Below, in pieces: positions 9,471 through 18,271 of a stretch of DNA of 64,000 nt; position 1 is the first letter of the stretch; each line of letters opens with the position of its first letter. The position numbers were made by a program, and so were the translations under genes. The DNA comes from a virus. The stretch covers positions 17,301 to 81,300 of the IMG/VR virus record IMGVR_UViG_2870579115_000001; one strand, given 5' to 3'. The notes beneath the pieces are model-generated. The model made no database searches and was not told where the DNA came from. It saw only the letters and a list, made by a program, of their open reading frames with translations.

Positions 9471-11188
9471 CATGCGGTGAGGAGGCTCGGCACGAGGCGG
9501 AATTCGTGCTCCACGCCTGCGGCGATCAGCTCCCGGGCGTAGTCGTCGAGCGAGGCGGTCAGGCAGTCGGAGCTCAGGCCGTAGCGGCGTGCGATCTCCG
9601 GGGCGCGGGACCAGGCGCCATCGAGGAGCCGCCACTGCTCGACCTGCTCCGCCTGGACGGACAGGAGGGTGTGCAGCCGTGCCGCCTCCACGTCGCGGGC
9701 GCGGGCACGCTCCGAGCGGGGGCAGGCCGGGGTCTTGCGCAGCTTCTCGCCCGCCGTGGTCAGCGCCGTCCAGATCAGGCCGTCGGCGGCGGCGAGGAGG
9801 CCGGCGGCCTGGTCCTGGCCGGCCGCCGCGGGGAGCGTGTCCGGCTCTGCCTCGGACTCGTCGACGGGAAGGTCCGGCGCGGGCGGCGGGGCCTCCTCCT
9901 CGCCTTCGTCCTGGTTCTCGGCGTTGTTCTCGCGCTGCCGCTGCTCTTCTTCGCCGGGGGCGTCGGAGTCGTCGAAGCCGGTTTCCCTGCGCAGTGCTTC
10001 GGCGGAGATGACGCCACGGTCGAAAGTCTGCAACGCCGTCTCCGACCTGTTGGTGCGCACCCGCAGCGGGCTGGTGTCGTACCAGACGAGCCAGCGGTGC
10101 CACTCCTCCTCGCCTTCGGCTTCGAGGATGGGGCGGAGCCACTGCTGCGTGAGGGCGTACGCGATCGTGCCGAGCTTGGGTTCGATGCCCAGCCGGATCG
10201 CCTCGGAGGTGAGCGCCCAGGCGCCCCAGTGGTTGACGTCGCCGAGGCCGAGGAGGATTTCGGCGGGGATCTCCAGGCCGGTCGCGAAGCGCCGCACGGC
10301 CTCGTCCCGCAGCTTGAGGGCCAGTTCGTCGAATTCGCTCTCGAACGTCACGTGCTTGAAGTCGCTGATCGTGTCGGCGGGCAGCTCCAGCAGGATCGGC
10401 ACCGTCGCCGCAGCGCTCTCCGGATCGCGGATCGCCGTCTCCGCGATCGTCATGAACACCTCGATCAGGTCGTCTTCCTCGCCCTGCTGCTGGTTGGACG
10501 GGAAGCGCGTGCCCTTGGGGACGAGGAGCAGGCCACGGCCGGTGATCCTGCTGCGCGCGATGGCCTTCACGGCCGCGTTGAGCAGCAGCAGCTCCTCAAG
10601 CAGCTCCAGCGACGACCGCACGGGGCTGTCGGCCTCGATGGCGCGTTCCGGGTCGGGATCCCACACACGGATCGCCACCGGCCCGTCAGGGTCCATCGTT
10701 TCGGGGTCGCCCTCGGGGATCGCGACCTCGTCGCCTTCGATCTCGGCGACCAACTTGCCCTGCTGCTGCCGCACTTCCCGTACGGACAGCACACGCCAGT
10801 CGTGGCCGTCCTCCGGGCTGTAGGGGCTGAGTACCTGGTCGTTGGGGCGGACGATGATCCAGCCCTCGCCCGGCACCGTCAGGTGCTTCCCGAAGGAGCC
10901 GAGCAACTTCGCCTGCCCGTCCGGGCCACCGGCGATCTGCGCGACGATCTCAGAGGCGCGGTGGTCGCCGGGGGCCTGCTCGATCGTGCCGTCATCGGCG
11001 CGGCGACCGGCGAACAAGCGGGCGCCGGACATGGCGTTGCCGATCCACGAGGCGGCGAAACGAACCTCGGGCACCTGGTGGTACATGTCGTAGGCGCGGA
11101 GCTGCCACGACTGGTCGCCCGCCCCCTTGCCCCGGATCTTGCGGGCGGTGTAGCGGGAGGCGGCTGCGGCGAGCTCGCGGCGGGGCAT
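9452..11188 (-). CDS. phage portal protein
   Basis: ...YDMYHQVPEVRFAASWIGNAMSGARLFAG..., ...EIPAEILLGLGDVNHWGAWALTSEAIRLGIEPKLGTIAYALTQQWLRPIL...; located between terminase and MuF gene. Confidence 0.9.
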   Translation of the reverse strand: MPRRELAAAASRYTARKIRGKGAGDQSWQLRAYDMYHQVPEVRFAASWIGNAMSGARLFAGRRADDGTIEQAPGDHRASEIVAQIAGGPDGQAKLLGSFGKHLTVPGEGWIIVRPNDQVLSPYSPEDGHDWRVLSVREVRQQQGKLVAEIEGDEVAIPEGDPETMDPDGPVAIRVWDPDPERAIEADSPVRSSLELLEELLLLNAAVKAIARSRITGRGLLLVPKGTRFPSNQQQGEEDDLIEVFMTIAETAIRDPESAAATVPILLELPADTISDFKHVTFESEFDELALKLRDEAVRRFATGLEIPAEILLGLGDVNHWGAWALTSEAIRLGIEPKLGTIAYALTQQWLRPILEAEGEEEWHRWLVWYDTSPLRVRTNRSETALQTFDRGVISAEALRRETGFDDSDAPGEEEQRQRENNAENQDEGEEEAPPPAPDLPVDESEAEPDTLPAAAGQDQAAGLLAAADGLIWTALTTAGEKLRKTPACPRSERARARDVEAARLHTLLSVQAEQVEQWRLLDGAWSRAPEIARRYGLSSDCLTASLDDYARELIAAGVEHEFRLVPSLLTACVGGDS

Positions 11189-11550
11189 CAGGCGTCGTCC
11201 TTGCGGGTGTCGTCCCAGCGGTTGAGGAGGACGGCGGCGCCGGCGACCGCCAGCCACTCGATGCCGTGGACGAGCAGCGGCGCCTCGTCCCACGCGCCGG
11301 TGACGAGGAGCCAGGTCAGCAGCAGCGCCCCGGCGATCCACCAGCCGGTGCAGTAGACGCAGGAGATCAGCGTCACCACCGCGGTGCGCACCGTCGACTC
11401 GGGGCGCCTCTGGTGCCAGGCGTCGACGCGGTCCCGGGCCGAATCAAGGATCGAGTCGTGCACGGCGAGCTGTGTCGCCCGGTACCCGGCCAGGGCCAGG
11501 AGGGCGAGTTGTGGGAGTTCGAGCACTGCCGCCCCCTGTGCGGAGATCAT
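11188..11550 (-). CDS. small membrane protein, DUF1360-like
   Basis: LALLALAGYRATQLAVHDSI...LISCVYCTGWWIAGALLLTWLL...; CxxC plus hydrophobic segments. Confidence 0.6.
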   Translation of the reverse strand: MISAQGAAVLELPQLALLALAGYRATQLAVHDSILDSARDRVDAWHQRRPESTVRTAVVTLISCVYCTGWWIAGALLLTWLLVTGAWDEAPLLVHGIEWLAVAGAAVLLNRWDDTRKDDA

Positions 11551-11717
11551 CCGGCCAACGTCAGCGCTGCATGATAGGGCACGCGGAGGACCCCCTTCCG
11601 GCGGCAATCTCGCAGGTCAGTCGCCGTTTTCAGATCAAAAACTGTGCGCGTGCATATGAGGCGGGGTGGCGCGGCCGTCCAGGCGTCGACCTTTCCGTCA
11701 CGGGTAGAATCGAACGC

Positions 11718-12032
11718 ATGGCCGAATACCCGTCGGATGTGCCTCGCCTGCGCACCATCGAGCGGTATCTGCTGCTGCAACTCGCGGCCGTCCAGCGGGC
11801 GATCGAGAAGGCGGAGACGGGCATCACCACGAAACCGGCCGATGCCCCGCCGCGTTGGTCGATCACCTGGAAGCGTGCGCGGGTCGGAGAGATCCGCGTC
11901 GGCACCGTCCACCGCGCGGACTGCTGGATGGCACCCACCAGGCAGTACGACGCACGCGGCATCTTCGAGGTCCGGCGCCGGGAGGGTCAGCGCCTGGAGA
12001 TGTGCGACACGTGCAAGCCACGCCTGCCGTGA
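11718..12032 (+). CDS. DUF6233-like small protein
   Basis: MAEYPSDVPRLRTIERYLLLQLAAVQRAIEKAE...VHRADCWMA...MCDTCKPRLP; plus-strand gene with a TAGAAT box about 10 nt upstream of the ATG. Confidence 0.6.
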   Translation: MAEYPSDVPRLRTIERYLLLQLAAVQRAIEKAETGITTKPADAPPRWSITWKRARVGEIRVGTVHRADCWMAPTRQYDARGIFEVRRREGQRLEMCDTCKPRLP

Positions 12033-12045
12033 CGGAACGCTTCAG

Positions 12046-12321
12046 CTAGAACAGCGCGGCCGTCGGCTCCTCGTCCGGCTGCGCGTCGTCGACGTCGTCC
12101 ACGGGCGGGAGCTCGGCGACGTCGAACTGGAGCTGCCGGGCGGGCATGGGCAGCTCGACCAGGTTGAGGGAGCCGGGGCAGGAAACGAGATCACTGCCCG
12201 GGACGCGGCGCACGCCGGGCGGATCGTGACGGAACAGGCGTCCCCGGCCGAGGCGGCCCGCGACCGGTCCGGCGGCGATGGGCCGGCCGCAGCGGTCGCA
12301 GGAGACGCGCGGCAGCTTCAT
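12046..12321 (-). CDS. hypothetical protein with CxxC motif
   Basis: MKLPRVSCDRCGRPIAAGPVAGRLGRGRLFRHD... Confidence 0.5.
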   Translation of the reverse strand: MKLPRVSCDRCGRPIAAGPVAGRLGRGRLFRHDPPGVRRVPGSDLVSCPGSLNLVELPMPARQLQFDVAELPPVDDVDDAQPDEEPTAALF

Positions 12322-12573
12322 GACGCCAGTGTGCCCGCTGGCAGCCCACGCACAGCGCGGCCGGTGACTAACAGGCTCATCATCTACGCACTCCGAGTGA
12401 ACACGCTCAGTGATGTTCGCAGGTGACCGGTTGCGGTTCGGAAACGGGCGCGGTCGCGGGCTACCGGTCCACCTGGCCCGGCCCTATAGTCGGCAGTACG
12501 CGACCCCGATCGGCGAAAGAGCCCCTGGGCTCGGCTTTACGCCTAGCTGATCGGGGGTTCGTGCTTTCTGGGC

Positions 12574-13251
12574 CTAGTAGTACGTGGTCGTGCCTCGGCC
12601 CCAAAGGTCGAACTCGCTGTGCACCTTCTCGGCGATCTTCTTGTACGCGGTGTCGTCGCCGCGCTCCCACTTCCGGAAGACAGCCCACAGGCAGTAGTCG
12701 ACGGCCATGAGCGCGAAGTCACTCTCGTCCCGCCAGAAGGCGAGCGTGTGCTTCACCCGGAAGTCGAGGCACTGCTTCATGACCTCCTCAATGCCGCTAC
12801 GGAACGCCTTGCGCGCCTTCTTCGTGCCGAGTTCCGCAGCGACGATCAGCACCTCATCGTCGGGCTTGAAGATCTTTTCCCACGTCGCCAGGTACTTGAG
12901 GTGGTAGTACCAGGCGTACTGGAAGAACGTGGGCTCGTCGCTGCGGATGTGAGGTCGCGCCTTGTTCTTTTGCAGCAGCGTCGCATCGACCCGGAAGTCG
13001 AATTCGGCGAGCAGGTCGAAAACCCTGTTCCGCACGGGCCATGGGTCTTCGCAGGCGTGGAAGCACGAGTCGAGGCCCTGGTGCGACCAAGCAAGATCAT
13101 CCCGTAGGGCTGCCATCGCTGCCCGAAGGCTGGCGAGTTCATCCTCATCGATCAGCATCGTGCCCACGGCGAAGCGGTCGGTGACGTGGGGACTCGCCCG
13201 GAACTGGAGATCGCCGCTTTCGTCGGAGAACAGGTATCGCCTTTTCCCCAT
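12574..13251 (-). CDS. DUF3800 family protein
   Basis: MGKRRYLFSDESGDLQF... N-terminal DESGD motif and overall layout of DUF3800. Confidence 0.75.
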   Translation of the reverse strand: MGKRRYLFSDESGDLQFRASPHVTDRFAVGTMLIDEDELASLRAAMAALRDDLAWSHQGLDSCFHACEDPWPVRNRVFDLLAEFDFRVDATLLQKNKARPHIRSDEPTFFQYAWYYHLKYLATWEKIFKPDDEVLIVAAELGTKKARKAFRSGIEEVMKQCLDFRVKHTLAFWRDESDFALMAVDYCLWAVFRKWERGDDTAYKKIAEKVHSEFDLWGRGTTTYY

Positions 13252-13359
13252 TCTGATAACTCCCGCCCCACACGCTGGACTTGTGACCTGACCGATGGTA
13301 AGCCCGTCGCACCGAGGAACGGGACCGGAGCGCTGGCGGTGGACCTCGGTGATGCAGGT

Positions 13360-14919
13360 TCAGCGGGAGATGCGGCGCTCGTAGGGGCCGGCCGTCTGCC
13401 GTCCGGTGGGGGCCTGCGGCAGCGGCGCATGCACGATCGCCCCGGCGTTGGCTTCAGGGATCAGGCCGTACACGAGGACCGTTGAGGCGTCGATCCGGCC
13501 GGGGCTCTCCGGGTCCGTGGGCATCCACGTCGACCATTCGCGTTCCAGGTCGGTGAACACCCCGCGCAGCCGCACCTTGTCCTGGACCATCTGCTGAGCC
13601 ACGGGCTCGGCACGCAACAGCTTGCCCTGCTTGGCCCGTACGGTCTGCACGGCCGGGGGCAGCACCTTCGCGGGGATCTCCCCGGAGGCTTGCAGCGTCT
13701 CCCACGAGGTGCGGATAGCCAACGAGCACATGTCGCCGCCGTAGTTGTCCTCCACGTAGATGATCGCCGCGTCCGTCTCGTGAGCGAGGCGGCACGCCGC
13801 GGTGGACCAGTCCGCCGACGACATGACGCCGGACCGGTCGTGCGTGATCCACACGCGGCTGTCGTCGCCGAGGTAGCCGCCGATGACGCCGGCGACGTCC
13901 CGGCCGCCGCCTGACGGGTCGACCGCCACGGCGATCTTCTGCGGCTCCACACCCGCGTCGCTGTCGCGGATAAGCCGCATCAACTCCTCCGACACCAAGG
14001 CTCCTTCGGCAGGCTGCGGGTCGCCCTGGGCGAGCGCGTGCCAGTCACGGACGATGCTCGTGCGCTTCATGTCCCGCCACCACGCGACGAGCGCCGCACG
14101 GTCGCGAGTGGGGATCTTCGGGTGCGGCAACGGGTCGCCAGGGGCGCGGCCGAGCGGGTCGGGGCCGAACTTCGGGTCGGCGACCGCAGGGAGGTGGATG
14201 ACGCGCCACCGGCCGCCGTCCTCCAGGCGGCCTTCCTCGGCGAGGCGGCGCCCGGCGAAGTCGTCCGGGTGCCAACGGGTCTGGATCGCCACCACGGCGT
14301 TCCGGTCGGGCTGCAACCTCTTGAGCGCGGTGGAGCTGTACCAGTCGTGCAGCGCCCGCCTCGATGCCTCACTTTCGGCGTCGGCGCGGTCCTTGTGCGG
14401 GTCGTCGACGATGAGCAGGTTCACGCTGTGACCGGTCAGGCCCTTGCCGACGGACACCGAGCGCACGCCGCCGCCGCTGGTGACCTCCCAGTCCTGCATG
14501 GCGCCGGAGCCGGCCTTCATCTTCAGGTCGTACTCGGCGCCGTACTCCTCCACGTACGAACGGATCGCCTTGCCGCGCTTGAGCGCCAGGTCGTCGGAGT
14601 AGGAGGTGACCGCGACGCGGTCGCCCTTGTGCCGGGCCAGCCACCAGAACGGGAACCACTCCGCGACCGTCGTCGACTTCCCCACCTGCGGGGGCGTCAG
14701 GATCAACAGCCGGTCGTACTCTCCGCGTTCCACCTCCGCCAGGGCACTGCCGATGACCCGCAGATGCGGTCGCATCCGGTACGTCGCGTCCAGGCCCCGG
14801 GCCAGTGTGACCGGGTCGCGCAGCAGCTCCCGGCTGACGGACTGCTCGGCCGCCGCAAGCTGCCGGTACACCGTCACGTCGTCCAGGTACGGCAGCCCCT
14901 CGGCGTAGGCGACGCTCAC
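13360..14919 (-). CDS. terL: terminase large subunit
   Basis: Walker A-like LLILTPPQVGKST, Walker B-like LLIVDDPHKD, IQTRWHPDD, nuclease region IAVAVDPSGGGRDVAGVIG and YVEDNYGGD. Confidence 0.93.
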   Translation of the reverse strand: MSVAYAEGLPYLDDVTVYRQLAAAEQSVSRELLRDPVTLARGLDATYRMRPHLRVIGSALAEVERGEYDRLLILTPPQVGKSTTVAEWFPFWWLARHKGDRVAVTSYSDDLALKRGKAIRSYVEEYGAEYDLKMKAGSGAMQDWEVTSGGGVRSVSVGKGLTGHSVNLLIVDDPHKDRADAESEASRRALHDWYSSTALKRLQPDRNAVVAIQTRWHPDDFAGRRLAEEGRLEDGGRWRVIHLPAVADPKFGPDPLGRAPGDPLPHPKIPTRDRAALVAWWRDMKRTSIVRDWHALAQGDPQPAEGALVSEELMRLIRDSDAGVEPQKIAVAVDPSGGGRDVAGVIGGYLGDDSRVWITHDRSGVMSSADWSTAACRLAHETDAAIIYVEDNYGGDMCSLAIRTSWETLQASGEIPAKVLPPAVQTVRAKQGKLLRAEPVAQQMVQDKVRLRGVFTDLEREWSTWMPTDPESPGRIDASTVLVYGLIPEANAGAIVHAPLPQAPTGRQTAGPYERRISR

Positions 14920-15542
14920 CCCGCGCTCCCCTGCTCGCTGGCCGGGTACGCCTCCTCGTCGTCATCGTCGCTGCCCTCCACGGCCTGTACGCGGCGGGTC
15001 ACGGCGGCAGCCATCTCCGCGAGGCGTGCGCGCCGCTGGTCGGCAGGCAGATCAGCGAACTCCTCAAGCTGACCGGCCAGCGGGCTCACCGGCTGGCTGG
15101 TGACGACGACCGTGTCCGTGGGGTCGCCGAACAGGGCACGGCGGTGCCGCATCGCGACGTCCATCAGCCGGATCACGTCACCGACCGTCATCTCCTGAGC
15201 GTTGAGCTGCGGCAGGCGTTGAGCGATCTTCCCGATGGCCGCGCCCAGGATCTTCGCGTCCGCTTCGGCCGCCTTACGGCGCTCCTCCAGCCAGGTCGCC
15301 TCGTACAGCTTGTCCAGGTGCCGGTCGTACGCCTCGGCACGCTCCAGCCAGCGGAACTCGGCCGACGCCTTGCGGACGGTGACGGGGTGCCGCTGTAGCA
15401 GTTCCGCAGTCCTCGGTAGCGTGCGTGAGCGGCCCAGGTCCCGGTATGTGACGAACTGGCCGTGCCGTTTCGGGGTCTCGCCGGGCTGCTGTTCCCAGGG
15501 CGGTAGCGCCGGGTCGAGGGTGATGGGCGTAGCGGTGCTCAT
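14916..15542 (-). CDS. terminase small subunit-like protein
   Basis: Adjacent to terL with overlapping ends; HTH-like region ...LLQRHPVTVRKASAEFRWLERAEAYDRHLD. Confidence 0.65.
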   Translation of the reverse strand: MSTATPITLDPALPPWEQQPGETPKRHGQFVTYRDLGRSRTLPRTAELLQRHPVTVRKASAEFRWLERAEAYDRHLDKLYEATWLEERRKAAEADAKILGAAIGKIAQRLPQLNAQEMTVGDVIRLMDVAMRHRRALFGDPTDTVVVTSQPVSPLAGQLEEFADLPADQRRARLAEMAAAVTRRVQAVEGSDDDDEEAYPASEQGSAG

Positions 15543-16486
15543 GACGTCTGCGCGGAGTCGGCGGTGTGGTTGAGGCCGGACAGGTACTCACCCGCCAAGC
15601 GCTCGAGGAGGCGCCATCCCTGGCCCTGCTCGATCTCGCCCCTGCCTTCTGCGGCTGCGATGGCCTTGTTGAGCATGACGGCGGCGGGTGCCGGCAGCGT
15701 GCGGGCGCCGAGGACGGTCTCCAGGCCGACGCGGCCGGTGTGGAGCGGGTCGCCGTCGGGTGAGGTGTAGCCATCTTGGAGGTCGGTCAGGTGGCGCTCG
15801 ACGATGCCGAGGATGGCGTGGAGGGCGGTCGCGACGTTGCCGACCTTGTGCGCGGCGTGCGTGGAGGCGAGCGTGTCCAACGTCTGGTCGTAGTCGGCGC
15901 GTGCGGCGAGCCAGCTCTCGTTCTGGCCCATGCGGGCGTCGTTGAATGCGCGGCGGGCCGCCTCCAGCTCGTTCGGGAGGAAGATCAGCGACACGTTCGC
16001 GAAGTCCAGGTTCGCTTCCGAGAGTCCTTCGGGGCTGACCTCGGCGAGGAGGTTCAGGCTGTCGTCGTCCAGGCCGGAGTAGGCCCGCCAGTCGACGTCT
16101 TCGATCTGGTCGTACAGCTCGCGGAGCGTCGCCGGGTCGTCCTGGCCGTTGATGCTGTTGTGCGAGAGCTGGCGGGCCAGGAGCTCGTCCTTCTGCTGCG
16201 GGTCGTCGATCAGCATGCAGTCGATCTCGGGCAGGCCGGCTTCCACGGACGCCATGGTGCGGTGGTTGCCGGACAGGATCAGCTCGCAGCCCTCTTCGTA
16301 CTCTCCGGCGCCGTAGATGAGCGGCACCGAGGTGAGGCAGCCGTCGTCACGGACGTTCGCGACCAGGCGGTCATACTCCTCCTTGCGCATGAACCTGGCG
16401 TTCATCGGGAGCGGCGTGAGGCCGCGGGGGTCGCGGCGGACGAGGCGCGGCCGGATCTTCGCCTCGGGCGGGGTGGTGTCGCTCAT
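15539..16486 (-). CDS. ParB/Srx-like domain protein in the packaging operon
   Basis: ...LTPLPMNARFMRKEEYDRLVANVRDDGCLTSVPLI...LILSGNHRTMASVEAGLPEIDCMLID... Confidence 0.8.
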   Translation of the reverse strand: MSDTTPPEAKIRPRLVRRDPRGLTPLPMNARFMRKEEYDRLVANVRDDGCLTSVPLIYGAGEYEEGCELILSGNHRTMASVEAGLPEIDCMLIDDPQQKDELLARQLSHNSINGQDDPATLRELYDQIEDVDWRAYSGLDDDSLNLLAEVSPEGLSEANLDFANVSLIFLPNELEAARRAFNDARMGQNESWLAARADYDQTLDTLASTHAAHKVGNVATALHAILGIVERHLTDLQDGYTSPDGDPLHTGRVGLETVLGARTLPAPAAVMLNKAIAAAEGRGEIEQGQGWRLLERLAGEYLSGLNHTADSAQTS

Positions 16487-16668
16487 CGGGTGGTTTCCTC
16501 CTCGAAGGCGCCGGCTGCCGCTTCGGCCAGGCGCGTGACGAAGGCCGCGGTACCGCGTGCGTCGACGGCCAATTCCTTCACGCGGCGGCCGTCGCGGATC
16601 TCGTAAAAGGCCAGCTCGGCACGGTAGGTGGACGCGGCGGTGCCGGCGTCGTCGTCGGGTGTGCTCAT
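16483..16668 (-). CDS. hypothetical protein
   Basis: MSTPDDDAGTAASTYRAELAFYEIRDGRRVKELAVDARGTAAFVTRL...; 4-nt coupled to both neighbours. Confidence 0.5.
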   Translation of the reverse strand: MSTPDDDAGTAASTYRAELAFYEIRDGRRVKELAVDARGTAAFVTRLAEAAAGAFEEETTR

Positions 16669-18029
16669 CGGGCGCTGTCCTTCTTCATGTCGCGGCCGTG
16701 CTTCCGCTTCCACAGGGCGAGTGCTTCCGCCAGGTCGTACGTGCCGAGGGGGCCGTCGTACTGGAGCTGGTAGCGGTGGATGCCGTCGCCCTTGTCGCCG
16801 GGCTCGCTGCGCTTGTGGAGCTTCACGCCCGGGATGCCGCGCCCGTACTTCGCGCTGTTCGGTCGGTCGGTGAACGCGGTCGTCGACCAGCCGGTGAGCC
16901 GCTTCGACAGGGACCGCTGGAGCAGCAGTTGCGCTTCCTTCGTGGAGGCCGCCATCACGATCAGCTTGGCCAGGCGCCGGTACTTCGTCCACGACACGGG
17001 GAAGTCGCTCATCAGGTACGCGGTCGACGGGTCGAACTTCGGCGGCAGGTACGCGAACGCGCCGATCAGCTTCCCGTCGACGGAGACACCGCACGCGAGG
17101 AGCGGACTGCCGGGCTTGATCGTCTTGGACATGAACTGTGAGCGGATGCCCGCGAACTGGCCGCCCGTCAGGATGTGCAGGGCCATGCGGTCGCCGAGCT
17201 CGTCATCCACGCCGATCTTCGGCATGGGGATCGCCTCGACTGGCTGGCGGGGCCGGACGATGCGGCGATGCCCTCCGGCCGCGTACACGTAGATCGGCAG
17301 GCCGCGGTTCGCGGTCTGCACGACTCCGGCAAGGCGGTGGCGCAGCTCGGGCCGTTCGATGTGCAGGCCGAGGACCCAGTGGGGCCGGTCCTGCACCTGG
17401 TGGATGATCTCTTCCTTGCCGTCCTCGGTCAGCTCGCCGAACTCGGGCTCGGGCCAGTCGAAAGCGGCGTCGATGCTGGCGAACTGGCTGGTGTAGTCGC
17501 CGCTGTAGAACGGCGGGAACATCACGACGGGCGCCTCGTCGGGCACTTCGTCGCGGAGGTATTCGCGGACGTCGCCGGCGAAGAAGCCGCCGAGGCTGGT
17601 CTCCAGGGCGCGGAGCTTCGCGGCGGTCTTGTCGTGCATGCGGGGCCACTGAGCCCGGGTCGCGTCGAGCATCCGCCGGTAGTAGGTGCCGTCCTTGCCG
17701 ACGAACTGGAGGAAGCGGGTGCCCAGCATCAGCGTCGCGAGGCGTTCGGTGCGCTCCTCCAAGTACGGGTGGAGCCAGCCAAGCTCTTCCTCGTACTCGG
17801 GGCGCAGCGTGTACGGCAGCTCGTCGCCCGCGAGGAACCATCCCAGCGCGCACGAGTACGCGGTGATGTCGTTGCCGTGGACCGGCCGCGAATTCCCGAA
17901 CCGGGAGTGCAGCACGCGCTCAATCGTGAAGTTGCCCGAGCAGCCGACGTAGATGCCGGTCTCGGGCCAGGCTCCGGCGTGCTCGTAGATGATCGACCGG
18001 AGGGGCGCGGGAATCGATCCGTGGAACAT
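16665..18029 (-). CDS. putative antirestriction DNA modification protein: Dam-like adenine methyltransferase-like N-terminus plus GNAT/Mom-like C-terminus
   Basis: IYVGCSGNFTIERVLHSRF...VHGNDITAYSCALGWF, PVVMFPPFYSGDY; C-term KLIGAFAYLPP...WTKYRRLAKLIVMAAST...GWSTTAFTDRPNSAKYGRGIPGVKLHKR. Confidence 0.6.
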   Translation of the reverse strand: MFHGSIPAPLRSIIYEHAGAWPETGIYVGCSGNFTIERVLHSRFGNSRPVHGNDITAYSCALGWFLAGDELPYTLRPEYEEELGWLHPYLEERTERLATLMLGTRFLQFVGKDGTYYRRMLDATRAQWPRMHDKTAAKLRALETSLGGFFAGDVREYLRDEVPDEAPVVMFPPFYSGDYTSQFASIDAAFDWPEPEFGELTEDGKEEIIHQVQDRPHWVLGLHIERPELRHRLAGVVQTANRGLPIYVYAAGGHRRIVRPRQPVEAIPMPKIGVDDELGDRMALHILTGGQFAGIRSQFMSKTIKPGSPLLACGVSVDGKLIGAFAYLPPKFDPSTAYLMSDFPVSWTKYRRLAKLIVMAASTKEAQLLLQRSLSKRLTGWSTTAFTDRPNSAKYGRGIPGVKLHKRSEPGDKGDGIHRYQLQYDGPLGTYDLAEALALWKRKHGRDMKKDSAR

Positions 18030-18271
18030 CCGAGCCCCCGGGTGGCGAGGAGGGGTGTGCAGAGCGCCGGCCAGGACTTGAACCTGAACCTCCCGCCCGG
18101 AAGGCGGGTGTGCTGCGTTGTCACCACCGGCGCATCGCCGTCGGCCGCGCCGCTACTCAGGACGGCCGACTGCGGAGAGGGATGATACACACACTCACGG
18201 TGACCGCCCCGGCGAGCGGGCAGGTCCGTGACCTCGGACGATGCACGGCACGTCGGCCGTGCTGCTCTGAT

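Noticed and set aside
9440-11356. 638-aa plus-strand ORF opposite the portal gene
   Set aside because: Antisense open frame caused by high GC; Arg/Gly/Ala/Val-rich without recognisable domains, while the minus-strand portal has clear motifs.
12480-12565. Possible tRNA or small structured RNA (gaccccgatcggcg...gctgatcgggggttc)
   Set aside because: Only one stem pair is evident; no anticodon arm or consensus T-loop GGTTCGANNCC in the right place. At most a terminator-like hairpin.
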